From the NCBI GenBank assembly GCA_045594665.1, contig JAZNYX010000062.1, forward strand, positions 15,951 to 79,950: a stretch of 64,000 nt of DNA. The letters are read 5' to 3'. This DNA comes from Clostridia bacterium (GTDB lineage: Bacteria; Bacillota; Clostridia; UMGS1883). A program made the translations under genes and the position numbers. This document shows positions 47,609 to 56,924 of the stretch, piece after piece. Each line of letters opens with the position of its first letter. The first letter of the stretch is position 1. The notes beneath the pieces are model-generated. The model was given only the letters and a program-made list of their open reading frames with translations. It searched no databases and was not told where the DNA came from.

Positions 47609-49045
47609 TTAATAAGCTCTGCCCCAGTAAACCATTTTCTTTGCTTCCTTACCGCAGCATACGCACTTTGAACCCAAATTTTCCTGCTCAAAGGGCATAC
47701 AGCGTGCAGTAGCACCGGTGTCTTCTTTAATTTTGTTTTCGCACGCCTCGTCACCGCACCACATTGATTTTACAAAGCCGGGCCTCTTTTCAACGATTTC
47801 TTTAAAGCTATCGTAATCCTCTGCGGTATAGGTATGCTCGTTACGGTGCTCTAAAGCCTTGGTAAAGAGGTTATTCTGAATATCCTCCAAAAGTGCGGCT
47901 ACAGTCTCGGCAATATTGTCAAGAGAAGCCGCTATCTTCTCTCCCGTGTCACGTCTTACAAGTACACAAGAGTTATTTTCAATATCCTTGGGACCGATTT
48001 CAAGTCTTACGGGAATACCTTTCATCTCGTACTCGGCAAACTTCCAGCCGGGTGTCTTATCTGAAAGGTCAATATCTGCACGGAGCGTCTTTTTAAGAGT
48101 ATCGCAAAGCTCACTTGCCTTTTCTTTAACGCCCTCTTTATGCATTGCAATGGGAACAATCATTACCTGCTTGGGAGCAATGCGAGGCGGAAGAACAAGA
48201 CCGCTGTTATCGCCGTGCACCATAATTATAGCACCGATAAGACGGGTGGTAACGCCCCATGAGGTCTGGAACACGTGCTGAAGCTTATTATCCTTGTCGG
48301 AGTACTGAATTCCGAAAGCCTTTGCAAAACCGTCACCAAAGTTATGGCTGGTACCTGACTGGAGAGCTTTACCGTCGTGCATCAAGCTTTCGATTGTATA
48401 TGTGGCAACTGCACCTGCAAATTTTTCCTTGTCGGTCTTTCTTCCCTTAACCACAGGAATTGCAAGGTACTGCTCACAGAAATCGGCATACACGTTGAGC
48501 ATACGGATAGTTTCCTCCTGTGCTTCCTCTGCCGTAGCGTGAGCTGTATGCCCCTCCTGCCACAAAAATTCCATACTGCGGAGGAAAGGACGGGTGGTTT
48601 TCTCCCATCTTACAACGCTGCACCACTGGTTATAAAGCTTGGGCAGGTCACGGTGGGACTGAATTATATTCTTATAATGCTCGCAGAAAAGAGTTTCGCT
48701 GGTGGGGCGAACGCACATTCTTTCCTGAAGCTTTTCATTTCCTCCGTGAGTAACCCATGCAACCTCGGGAGCAAAGCCCTCAACATGGTCTTTTTCCTTT
48801 TCAAGAAGGCTTTCGGGAATGAACATAGGCATATACACATTTTCATGCCCTAATTCCTTAAACTTACTGTCAAGCACGTGCTGAATATTTTCCCAAAGTG
48901 CGTACGCATAGGGACGGAATACACAACAGCCCTTGATAGATGTATATTCGATGAGGTCTGCCTTTTTTACAATGTCGGTATACCAACGGGCGAAGTCCTC
49001 ATCCATTGATGTGATTTCTTCTACTAACTTTTTTTCTTTGCTCAT
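47609..49045 (-). CDS. proS: proline--tRNA ligase (archaeal/eukaryote-like type)
   Basis: [14 protein letters not shown]...[10 protein letters not shown]-terminus, class-II motifs and a C-terminal zinc-type CGDEAC..CVCCG. Confidence 0.95.
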   Translation of the reverse strand: MSKEKKLVEEITSMDEDFARWYTDIVKKADLIEYTSIKGCCVFRPYAYALWENIQHVLDSKFKELGHENVYMPMFIPESLLEKEKDHVEGFAPEVAWVTHGGNEKLQERMCVRPTSETLFCEHYKNIIQSHRDLPKLYNQWCSVVRWEKTTRPFLRSMEFLWQEGHTAHATAEEAQEETIRMLNVYADFCEQYLAIPVVKGRKTDKEKFAGAVATYTIESLMHDGKALQSGTSHNFGDGFAKAFGIQYSDKDNKLQHVFQTSWGVTTRLIGAIIMVHGDNSGLVLPPRIAPKQVMIVPIAMHKEGVKEKASELCDTLKKTLRADIDLSDKTPGWKFAEYEMKGIPVRLEIGPKDIENNSCVLVRRDTGEKIAASLDNIAETVAALLEDIQNNLFTKALEHRNEHTYTAEDYDSFKEIVEKRPGFVKSMWCGDEACENKIKEDTGATARCMPFEQENLGSKCVCCGKEAKKMVYWGRAY

Positions 49046-49183
49046 GGTCGTAATCCCCTTAGAAATATATTATATATCTATTTTATTCTATCAAAACTCA
49101 CAGAATTTGTCAATTGTTATTAGCTCCTTGATTGACAAAAATCCTATTATATTATAAAATAGATAAAAAGGGGGTAGAATACA

Positions 49184-49675
49184 ATGGAAAGAAGAGACAA
49201 ACATAACTATTATCTTGATATAGCAACTACCGTATTAGAGCGTGGCACATGCCTTCGCAGAAACTATGGCTCCATCATCGTAAAGAACGATGAAATTATT
49301 TCAACAGGCTACACGGGCGCACCCCGAGGCAGAAAGAACTGTATGGATTTAGGTGTATGCCGCCGTGAGCAGCTTCAGGTTCCCAGAGGGGAGCGTTATG
49401 AGCTTTGCAGAAGCGTACATAGCGAGGCAAATGCTATTATCAGTGCATCACGCCGCGATATGATAGGGGCTACGCTTTATCTTGCAGGCAAGGATATGAA
49501 AACAGGCGAGCTTGTGCCTGATGCAACGAGCTGTGCCATGTGCAAACGCCACATTATAAATGCAGGTATTGCAAAGGTTGTGGTACGCCGTGATGAAAAT
49601 TCCTATGAGGTAATTGACGTAGAAAAAGACTGGATTGAAAATGATGATAGCCTTGGGGATAAGTTAGGATATTAA
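49184..49675 (+). CDS. dCMP deaminase / ComEB family
   Basis: HSEANAI and SCAMC zinc-binding motifs. Confidence 0.9.
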   Translation: MERRDKHNYYLDIATTVLERGTCLRRNYGSIIVKNDEIISTGYTGAPRGRKNCMDLGVCRREQLQVPRGERYELCRSVHSEANAIISASRRDMIGATLYLAGKDMKTGELVPDATSCAMCKRHIINAGIAKVVVRRDENSYEVIDVEKDWIENDDSLGDKLGY

Positions 49676-49747
49676 GCGAATGTGATAAAGCAGCACCGAC
49701 CGCTACTTTCTCCCATTCTTGGGAAGTGCAAAAAAGGGGAATAGAGA

Positions 49748-50674
49748 ATGATATATAAACAAATAACCGAGCTTGTGGGCAGAACTCCGCTTCTGGAGCT
49801 TTGCAATTATGAAAAGGACAATAAGCTTGAGGCAAAAATAATTGCCAAGCTTGAATGTATGAATCCTGCCGGTAGTGCAAAAGACCGTATCGCCGTAAAA
49901 ATGATTGAGGAAGCCGAGAAAAAAGGGATTCTTGCAGAGGGCAGTGTAATTATTGAGCCAACCAGCGGAAACACGGGGATAGGACTTGCATCTGCAGCAG
50001 CGGCAAAGGGGTATACGGTTATCCTCACAATGCCCGATACTATGAGTGTTGAAAGAAGAAAGCTCCTTAGTGCATACGGTGCCGAAATTGTACTGACCGA
50101 GGGAAAAAAAGGAATGAACGGTGCAGTAGAAAAGGCGGAGGAATTGGCTGAAAAATATGAGGGAAGCTTTATTCCCGGGCAATTTATAAACCCCGACAAT
50201 CCACAGGCACATTATGAAACTACAGGCCCCGAAATCTGGCAGGACTGCGACGGAAGCATTGACATTTTCGTGGCAGGCATCGGCACGGGCGGCACCATCA
50301 GCGGTACGGGCAGGTATCTGAAAGAGAAGAACCCATATATTAAAATAATCGGCGTAGAGCCTTCGGATTCTCCCCTTATTACAAAAGGAGTAAGCGGAAG
50401 CCATAAAATTCAGGGAATAGGTGCAAATTTCATTCCCGAAATTTTTGATGAAGCCATCTGCGATGAGGTTATCACGGTCGGTCATGAGGACGCATATGTG
50501 GCAGGGAGAGCCATGGCAACAAGGGAAGGCGTCTTGGTGGGAATTTCCTCGGGCGCGGCACTTCACGCGGCGAAGCTTATTGCCGAAAGGCCTGAAAACA
50601 AAGGAAAGACTATTGTGGTGCTTCTTCCCGACAGCGGCGAAAGGTATCTTTCCACGGAAATGTTTGCAAAGTAA
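49748..50674 (+). CDS. cysK: cysteine synthase A (O-acetylserine sulfhydrylase)
   Basis: NPAGSAKDR PLP-lysine motif, TSGNTG and GIGTGGTISG. Confidence 0.95.
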   Translation: MIYKQITELVGRTPLLELCNYEKDNKLEAKIIAKLECMNPAGSAKDRIAVKMIEEAEKKGILAEGSVIIEPTSGNTGIGLASAAAAKGYTVILTMPDTMSVERRKLLSAYGAEIVLTEGKKGMNGAVEKAEELAEKYEGSFIPGQFINPDNPQAHYETTGPEIWQDCDGSIDIFVAGIGTGGTISGTGRYLKEKNPYIKIIGVEPSDSPLITKGVSGSHKIQGIGANFIPEIFDEAICDEVITVGHEDAYVAGRAMATREGVLVGISSGAALHAAKLIAERPENKGKTIVVLLPDSGERYLSTEMFAK

Positions 50675-50716
50675 ATATAAAAACACAAAAAAATTTAAAT
50701 TTTTTAAAAAAAGTTG

Positions 50717-50745
50717 TTGACAATCTCGTGACCGTATGTTATTAT
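50717..50745 (+). promoter_or_regulatory. candidate promoter TTGACA-N17-TATTAT for the tRNA pair
   Basis: TTGACA at 50717-50722 and TATTAT at 50740-50745, about 35 nt upstream of tRNA-Thr. Confidence 0.5.
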
Positions 50746-50780
50746 AATATGCGTGTCACGGGTTGTGACGAATTGAATAT

Positions 50781-50856
50781 GCTGGTGTAGCTCAATTGGC
50801 AGAGCAGCTGATTTGTAATCAGCAGGTTGCGGGTTCGAGTCCCATCACCAGCTCCA
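50781..50856 (+). tRNA. tRNA-Thr (anticodon UGU)
   Basis: Acceptor GCTGGTG/CACCAGC, D arm GCTC-AATTGGCA-GAGC, anticodon stem GCTGA/TCAGC with loop TTTGTAA, TTCGAGT T-loop, encoded CCA. Confidence 0.9.
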
Positions 50857-50941
50857 GGGAGAGTTCCCGAGCGGCCAAAGGGGGCAGACTGTAAATCTGT
50901 TGTCACTGACTTCGGTGGTTCGAATCCACCCTCTCCCACCA
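50857..50941 (+). tRNA. tRNA-Tyr (anticodon GUA), long variable arm
   Basis: Acceptor GGGAGAG/CTCTCCC, anticodon loop CTGTAAA, long variable arm, T arm GGTGG-TTCGAAT-CCACC, encoded CCA. Confidence 0.9.
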
Positions 50942-50979
50942 GCAAAAAGAGCAATCACAAAAGTGATTGCTCTTTTTGC
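50942..50979 (+). terminator. intrinsic terminator after tRNA-Tyr
   Basis: AAAAGAGCAATCAC-AAAA-GTGATTGCTCTTTT. Confidence 0.75.
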
Positions 50980-50983
50980 AACT

Positions 50984-51150
50984 AAATCCGTCTTGCGACG
51001 GAAGAAATCCACCAGTGGTGGATGAAATCTGCTTCGCAGATGAAATCGCCTTCGGCGGATAAAAAGACGGATTTAATTTCATCCGAGCAGAGCAAGGATT
51101 TCATCCAAACTTGTTTGGATTTCATCGTGAACAAAGTGAACGATTTCATT
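50984..51150 (+). repeat. motif/hairpin array: 3 x GA(W)GAAATC then 4 x GATTTCAT, with mini-hairpin spacers
   Basis: Forward copies at 51001, 51021, 51039; inverted copies at 51070 (degenerate), 51097, 51118, 51142. Spacers: TCCGTC-TTGC-GACGGA, ATCCACC-AGT-GGTGGAT, ATCTGC-TTC-GCAGAT, CGCC-TTC-GGCG, ATCCAAAC-TT-GTTTGGAT. Confidence 0.8.
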
Positions 51151-51151
51151 A

Positions 51152-51179
51152 TTGAAATATTTTGTATTTATGATATAAT
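51152..51179 (+). promoter_or_regulatory. candidate promoter TTGAAA-N16-(TG)ATATAAT for four-helix gene 2
   Basis: TTGAAA at 51152-51157, TG at 51171-51172, TATAAT at 51174-51179. Confidence 0.5.
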
Positions 51180-51197
51180 ACAGTTGAGGTGCTATAT

Positions 51198-51548
51198 ATG
51201 AAAGAAAATAAATTAGCGGAGATTTCTATGGATTTTGCCGTGGAAATACTAAAAATGTGTGATAATATAAAAGGGCATTATTCTATTACTAACCAATTAG
51301 AACGAAGCGCAACAAGTATCGGTGCCAATATCAGAGAAGCAAAGTATGCACATAGTAAACCTGATTTCATATCAAAGCTTCAAATATCATTAAAAGAATG
51401 CTATGAAACGGAATATTGGCTTGAACTTATGCACAGAGCAGAAATATTACCTGATGTTTCATCACTTATGCATAACTGTGGAGTCATCCGCAAATTGCTC
51501 ATCTCCTCCATCAACACCGCCAAGCAGAACTCCGACAAATCAAAATAA
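51198..51548 (+). CDS. four-helix-bundle protein (23S rRNA intervening-sequence protein family), paralogue of 31810..32166
   Basis: QLERSATSIGANIREAKYAHSKPDFISKLQISLKECYETEYWLELM. ATG at 51198 with GAGGTG upstream. Confidence 0.85.
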   Translation: MKENKLAEISMDFAVEILKMCDNIKGHYSITNQLERSATSIGANIREAKYAHSKPDFISKLQISLKECYETEYWLELMHRAEILPDVSSLMHNCGVIRKLLISSINTAKQNSDKSK

Positions 51549-51560
51549 CTATTCCACTAC

Positions 51561-51597
51561 AAAACCGCACGGAAATACCCTTCCGTGCGGTCTTTTC
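51561..51597. terminator. bidirectional terminator between four-helix gene 2 and potD
   Basis: CCGCACGGAA-N6-TTCCGTGCGG flanked by A-rich and T-rich runs. Confidence 0.7.
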
Positions 51598-51614
51598 AAT
51601 ACACCTATTACTTT

Positions 51615-53054
51615 TTATCTTCTCATTCTTTTTCTTTTCCTCAGTCTTCGCTTTATGCTTCTTGTCACCATCAAAACAAGCAAAATCCCAAGCACTGCCA
51701 TCATAACATAGGAAAATGCGGTGATATTATTGCTTTTTACCTGTGACCACATTTCCAGCACTGCCTGATTCCTGTCCCCGAAATCCTCCATGATTCCGCA
51801 CCTTGCAACCTCGTCCATAGAGGGATATTGGGTAGTAAGCTGTCTGCCTATGGTATTTGTGCGGATAACCGCTTTGCCGTCTTTTGAATATTTATCCTCG
51901 GAAAGCGTACCCTCGAAGAAATAACTAAGGTCGTATTCATGCTTTCCGTCCTCGTCCTCGTAGTTTTCACGGACAAGCTCGAAAACCTCATCACCTGCAA
52001 TTACGCTTGTATAGCCTATATAATCCATATTCATCACAGCAATTTCGGGTCTGCATAAAAAATCCACAAAGTCCTGTGCCAATTCCACATTTGCACCCTT
52101 GGGCATTACCCAGCCGTCAAACCATATTGTGCTTCCCTCCTTGGGAATTACAAATGCCAGATACTTGTCATCCTCTTCCTCGGCTAAATCCATTGCGTAT
52201 ACTGCATCGCCGCTCCAGGCAAGATTTGCATCTATTTTTCCCGATACAATATCGGTTTTTCCCGAATCTACCTCGAAGCCGTATATATTTTCTTTCATCT
52301 CGGAGAGAGCCTTGCCGACTTTTTCAATGTTTTCATCGGCAACATCATTTGCCGCCGCGTGGACGGTTTTTCTCAGCTCCTCGGCTGAAATTTCACCGTT
52401 TTTATACTGCTCCACACAATTTGTTAATTCCTCTTTATGTACATAAAGCGAGCCTACCACATATGCATCACGGGAAACGTCCTTGCAGGTCATGCGATTT
52501 TTATATCTCGTGTCCCAGAAAAAGTCCCATGTGGAAACATCCTCAAGAGGAATATTTTCGGGGTTGTACAAAAAGCCTACCGTTCCCCACATATAACCCA
52601 CGGCGTAATCCGTCCAGCCGTTTTTTTCAAACAATTCCCGTATATAGGGGGAAACATTCTTTGTGTAGTTCTTCATTTTTGAAATGTCGAACTTTTCCAC
52701 GGAAATATTTTCCTCACCGCCGTTTTTTGAAGCGGCAATCATTTTCTGAATGACATAGTCCGACGGGCATACCAAATCATATGCCGTTTTTCCCGTACGC
52801 AGGGTGTTGAGCATTGTTTCATTTGTTTCAAAGGTGTCATACTGCACCTTTACCTTTTTGCCTGTGCGTTTTTGATAATCCTTCTCCCACAGCTCAATTA
52901 CTGAATCGCTGATTTTGGTGCCGTCGTCGTCTTTTCCTTCGTTGATATAGTCCTGCCAGTTGTAAACACGCAAAATCTCGGTCTTTGCATACGCCGAGGG
53001 AAGATATCCGAAGCACAGAAGCAAGCATAATATTAATGCACTTAGTTTTTTCAT
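51615..53054 (-). CDS. potD: spermidine/putrescine ABC substrate-binding protein with an extra C-terminal TM anchor
   Basis: Signal peptide, PotD/PotF-like SBP core (YNWQDYI..) and a C-terminal hydrophobic helix plus RRLRKRKRMRR tail. Confidence 0.85.
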   Translation of the reverse strand: MKKLSALILCLLLCFGYLPSAYAKTEILRVYNWQDYINEGKDDDGTKISDSVIELWEKDYQKRTGKKVKVQYDTFETNETMLNTLRTGKTAYDLVCPSDYVIQKMIAASKNGGEENISVEKFDISKMKNYTKNVSPYIRELFEKNGWTDYAVGYMWGTVGFLYNPENIPLEDVSTWDFFWDTRYKNRMTCKDVSRDAYVVGSLYVHKEELTNCVEQYKNGEISAEELRKTVHAAANDVADENIEKVGKALSEMKENIYGFEVDSGKTDIVSGKIDANLAWSGDAVYAMDLAEEEDDKYLAFVIPKEGSTIWFDGWVMPKGANVELAQDFVDFLCRPEIAVMNMDYIGYTSVIAGDEVFELVRENYEDEDGKHEYDLSYFFEGTLSEDKYSKDGKAVIRTNTIGRQLTTQYPSMDEVARCGIMEDFGDRNQAVLEMWSQVKSNNITAFSYVMMAVLGILLVLMVTRSIKRRLRKRKRMRR

Positions 53055-53857
53055 TTATTTTCCTTCTCCCCGGATTTAATATTAACAATAATGAGTATAG
53101 CCAAAGCAATCAGCGTTATCACGGTTGTCAGCGCACGAAGGGACGGCGGAAGCGTTCCTCTCTTACTGGTTACGCCGTAAACATAGGTGCTGAGTGTCTG
53201 ATAGGCTGTATTTCGTGTAAATGCCGTTATAATATAGTCGTCAAGACTAAGAGTTATTGAAAGTATAAATCCCGAAAATACTCCGGGCAAAATTTCCGGC
53301 ACAATAACTGACCACAGTGCCTTTTTGGGCGTTGCACCCAAATCCAGTGCCGCCTCATATATGTTGGAATCCATCTGCATCAGCTTCGGCCTTACCGATA
53401 GCACCACGAAAGGAATCGTCAGCACTACGTGACCGATAAGTAGTGTGGTAAAATTAAATGCCGCACCGATTGATACAAAAAGTATTGTAAGTGAAAGCGC
53501 TGTTACAATTTCAGCATTCATAACGGGAATGTTGCTGATACCCTCCATGACTGCTTTTGCCTTGCGTTTGCTGTAGAAAATACCTATTGCACCCAATGTT
53601 CCGAGCAAAGTAGAAACTATTGCCGAGGAAATTGCCACCGCAAAAGTATTTTTAAAAGCCTGCATTATTTCGCTGTCACGGAAAAGCGATTCATACAAAC
53701 GAAAAGTAAATCCGTTCCAATTTCCGATAATCTTAGTGTCGGTGAAGCTGTAGACAATAAGAAGGAGAATCGGTGCGTACATTATCAAAAGAAGTATGTA
53801 CACGTAAAACCGACATAAAAATGCCGTAAGAGAAAATTTCTGCTTACCCATTACCAC
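53051..53857 (-). CDS. potC: spermidine/putrescine ABC permease
   Basis: Six-TM BPD_transp_1 permease with the EAA loop EAALDLGATPKKALWSVIVP. Confidence 0.9.
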   Translation of the reverse strand: MVMGKQKFSLTAFLCRFYVYILLLIMYAPILLLIVYSFTDTKIIGNWNGFTFRLYESLFRDSEIMQAFKNTFAVAISSAIVSTLLGTLGAIGIFYSKRKAKAVMEGISNIPVMNAEIVTALSLTILFVSIGAAFNFTTLLIGHVVLTIPFVVLSVRPKLMQMDSNIYEAALDLGATPKKALWSVIVPEILPGVFSGFILSITLSLDDYIITAFTRNTAYQTLSTYVYGVTSKRGTLPPSLRALTTVITLIALAILIIVNIKSGEKENK

Positions 53858-54651
53858 AGCCCCCCTCTCGAATTTTCCTGAGGCTCAGAATCGGCACAGA
53901 AAGAGCCTATCGCTATAATAGCCAGCATAATAAGTGCCACAAGGCTTCCTATGTGCCACAAGCCCTGGTCAAAATAAAGCTGAATACTGTTACCTATAAG
54001 AGAAATCTTTCTCTCTCCCATAACGTCGCTTATTACATAACTGCTCATAGTGGGCATAAATACCATTGTTGCCGCAGATACAACGCCCGGCATGGTCATG
54101 GGGAGAATTGTTTTAAAGAAGGTCTGCACCTTATTTGCACCTAAGTCATAGGAAGCTTCGATAAGGCTTTTATCCATCTTTGTCATCGTAGTATAAAGGG
54201 GCAGAATAACAAAGGGCAGATAGTTATACACCATACCAATCATGGTGGCAAGGTATGGGTATTCGCCGCCCGATATACCTATTGCAAACAGCAAATCTCT
54301 CGTTGCCGCAGTCCTGAGAACGAAATTAATCCACATAGGCATCACGAAAAGAAGTACCGTTGCGGCGGAAAATCCAAATTCTTTTTTTGCCAGAATAAAT
54401 GCCGCGGGATAACCCAGCACAAGGCATATTGCCGTGTTTAAAAACCCGATAAATATGCTGAACATAAGCGTATTTATGTTATGTCCTCCCGAAAAAAACG
54501 CACGGAAGTTATCAAGTGTTATTCTTCCGCTCTCATCCGTAAAGGCGTATGCAATAATCAGCATCAGCGGAATAACTACAAAAAGAATCATAAACACAGC
54601 GTAGGGAACGGCAAGAAATTTTCTGGAAAAAATACTTTTATTTTTTCGCAT
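53851..54651 (-). CDS. potB: spermidine/putrescine ABC permease
   Basis: EAA loop [20 protein letters not shown], in the expected operon position. Confidence 0.9.
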   Translation of the reverse strand: MRKNKSIFSRKFLAVPYAVFMILFVVIPLMLIIAYAFTDESGRITLDNFRAFFSGGHNINTLMFSIFIGFLNTAICLVLGYPAAFILAKKEFGFSAATVLLFVMPMWINFVLRTAATRDLLFAIGISGGEYPYLATMIGMVYNYLPFVILPLYTTMTKMDKSLIEASYDLGANKVQTFFKTILPMTMPGVVSAATMVFMPTMSSYVISDVMGERKISLIGNSIQLYFDQGLWHIGSLVALIMLAIIAIGSFCADSEPQENSRGGLW

Positions 54652-56125
54652 ATTTCTTTGCCTCCCCTTTAAGCTTAAGCTTTATTTTTTCACTCTTTAC
54701 GCTAAGACCCACAAGGTCGTTTTCATCATAGGTGTATTCCGTGTCAAGGACAAAATCCTCATCCTGCGGTGTGCGGATTGTAAGCTGATAATGGTCACCC
54801 TTGTATATGATGGACACAATTTCGCCTGTAACAGTTCCGCTTTGCTCGTCGTCTAAGATATCAATATCCTTAAGCCCGATTTCCGCCCGTACATCTGCAT
54901 CGGTGAAGTCGTAGCGTACTCCGTCGGGGCCTACCACATAGCCTTCCTCGTCTACGGTAGAACCTGGAACAAGAGAGGTTATGTCACATTCAAAGGCACT
55001 TTCGGAAATAACCACGCGGTTATTCTTATCAATGTAAGCATCATTATAAATGTTTGCCGTAAGCTCTTTTTTCATGATATGTATTCCGTCAGGTTCAATG
55101 TCAAAGCCGTAGGTTTTATCAATTTCAAGATTGCGTGTATCTACAATTACAAGCTCGTTTCTGCCAACCATCATAATATATTCATAGTGAATACCCTTGA
55201 AAATCTTGCTGACAATCTTTCCCTTTGCCATTCCCTGATCTTCACCTGTAATATGAACATCCTCTGGGCGGATTACAACGTCAACCTTTTCATTCTTCGG
55301 AAATTCATCCACGCAGTCAAAAACATGGTTTATAAACCTTACCTTTTTGTCGCCTGTCATTGTGGCACTGTAAATATTGCTTTCACCGATAAAGTTTGCA
55401 ACAAAGGCATTACTCGGTTCGTTATAAATGTCCTCAGGTGTGCCTATCTGCTGAATCATGCCGTCCTTCATTACAACCACTGTATCTGAAAGAGTAAGTG
55501 CCTCCTCCTGATCGTGAGTTACGTAAATAAAGGTGATGCCAAGCTTCTTATGCATTTCCTTAAGCTCAAGCTGCATATCCTTACGCATCTTAAGGTCAAG
55601 AGCACCGAGCGGCTCATCAAGAAGAAGAATTTCAGGCTCGTTTACAATAGCTCTGGCAATGGCAATTCTCTGCTGCTGACCGCCCGAAAGGGTGGAAATA
55701 TCACGGTTTTCATATTCCTCCAGGTCAACGATTTTGAGAGCGTTCTTCACCTTTTTATCTATTTCTGCATTAGTGAGCTTACGCATTTTAGCTCCGTCTG
55801 CTACCCTTTTCAGCTTAAGCCCGAAAGCCACATTTTCGTACACGTCCATATGGGGGAAAAGTGCATATTTCTGAAACACGGTGTTTACAGGACGTTTATA
55901 AGGCGGCAGGTCGGTAATATTCTCCCCGTTTAAAAGAATTTCTCCCCCGGTAGGAAGCTCGAAGCCTGCGATCATTCGGAGGGTAGTGGTCTTTCCGCAG
56001 CCGCTGGGGCCGAGAAAAGTTATAAATTCACCTTTTTTTACATAGAGGTTAAAATCCTCCACGGCATAGGTCTGCCCAAAATGCTTTGACACATTTTTAA
56101 GTTCAATAATTACGTTCTTTTCCAT
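54638..56125 (-). CDS. potA: spermidine/putrescine ABC ATPase with an extended C-terminus
   Basis: [23 protein letters not shown] and [11 protein letters not shown] motifs. ATG at 56125 with AGAGGTG upstream; the track start at 56254 lies in the structured leader. Confidence 0.93.
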   Translation of the reverse strand: MEKNVIIELKNVSKHFGQTYAVEDFNLYVKKGEFITFLGPSGCGKTTTLRMIAGFELPTGGEILLNGENITDLPPYKRPVNTVFQKYALFPHMDVYENVAFGLKLKRVADGAKMRKLTNAEIDKKVKNALKIVDLEEYENRDISTLSGGQQQRIAIARAIVNEPEILLLDEPLGALDLKMRKDMQLELKEMHKKLGITFIYVTHDQEEALTLSDTVVVMKDGMIQQIGTPEDIYNEPSNAFVANFIGESNIYSATMTGDKKVRFINHVFDCVDEFPKNEKVDVVIRPEDVHITGEDQGMAKGKIVSKIFKGIHYEYIMMVGRNELVIVDTRNLEIDKTYGFDIEPDGIHIMKKELTANIYNDAYIDKNNRVVISESAFECDITSLVPGSTVDEEGYVVGPDGVRYDFTDADVRAEIGLKDIDILDDEQSGTVTGEIVSIIYKGDHYQLTIRTPQDEDFVLDTEYTYDENDLVGLSVKSEKIKLKLKGEAKKYAKK

Positions 56126-56144
56126 TTGTAACACCTCTGTCTGT

Positions 56145-56418
56145 AGCCGAAACGAAGTAATCCAAACTCGATTTTTAGAGGTGGATTTCCGCTTCCGCTG
56201 TGTTAAAATACTCGGAAATACACAAAGTATTTCCTGCGTTTTTGCCTTGCGCAACCAAAAATCCGCTCTCTAAAAATTCATAGACCTAAAACGGATGAAA
56301 TTTTGTGCAGGTTTTGGTGCGAAGGATGCAGCAAAGCTTTGCGCCTTGCAAAGACGACAAGCCGAAAAATGCCGAAATTTCGCCGTTTCAGGCGGGTTCG
56401 GATTATTTTGTTTCGGCT
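56145..56418. repeat. ~275-nt element bounded by 23/24-nt imperfect inverted repeats, with nested internal IRs
   Basis: AGCCGAAACGAAGTAATCCAAAC (56145-56167) against the reverse complement of GGTTCGGATTATTTTGTTTCGGCT (56395-56418): 3 differences, all purine transitions. Inner IR 56172-56188/56259-56276; hairpin GGAAATAC-ACAAA-GTATTTCC. Confidence 0.7.
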
Positions 56419-56924
56419 AAAGTAAAACGCAAGCTGTAATTACACAACTTGCGTTAAAAATCCTCAAAAAACGACAATCCGCCTTAAAAAACGGAAAATC
56501 GGGACGTCGGGCATACAGAGTCTATATAGCAATAATACTTTTACTACTCTTATTGACCATTTCACAAGTTTGCGTAATACGCTTCGGTTATAACTTATAA
56601 AACTGAGCTTCTAACTCAATCAATAATGGCGGAAATCCGCCAATCGGCAGTGGACCCGGCTGTCCGTATGGCCTTGACTTCATTTTGAAGTGGTCCTAAA
56701 ATATTTGCTTTGAAGACTCCGATTGAAATTCTTTGAATTTTCCCATCGTCTTAACCTGCTTTTTTTATTATACTACCTATAGGTAGGGGTATGTCAAGTC
56801 TTTTTTGAATTTTTAGCACGTTTTTTTGCGTCATTTTTAATTTTTCTATTGCCTTTTTTTGCGAAAACGTATAAAATTATATAATAGCGGTGTATGCCGT
56901 TTTTAAGGAAGGAATTGATTGATA

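Noticed and set aside
49703-50686. 327-aa minus-strand ORF fully overlapping cysK
   Set aside because: It is antisense to a gene with unmistakable cysteine synthase motifs. Its translation is low-complexity and Cys/Phe/Arg-rich with no recognisable motif. It is a typical shadow ORF.
50742-50954. 70-aa minus-strand ORF
   Set aside because: It lies entirely over the tRNA-Thr and tRNA-Tyr genes.
52007-52753. 248-aa plus-strand ORF antisense to potD
   Set aside because: It is a shadow ORF. Its translation is Pro/Arg/His-rich nonsense opposite a clear SBP gene.
56126-56254. N-terminal 43-aa extension of the potA ORF in the track
   Set aside because: The extension runs through the inverted-repeat element and has no RBS. 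The ATG at 56125 has AGAGGTG upstream and matches the usual PotA N-terminus.
56700-56924. Lysine (L-box) riboswitch upstream of lysA
   Set aside because: A TTGCGA/TATAAT-like promoter sits only about 40-60 nt upstream of the ATG. No L-box conserved elements were seen in the short leader.
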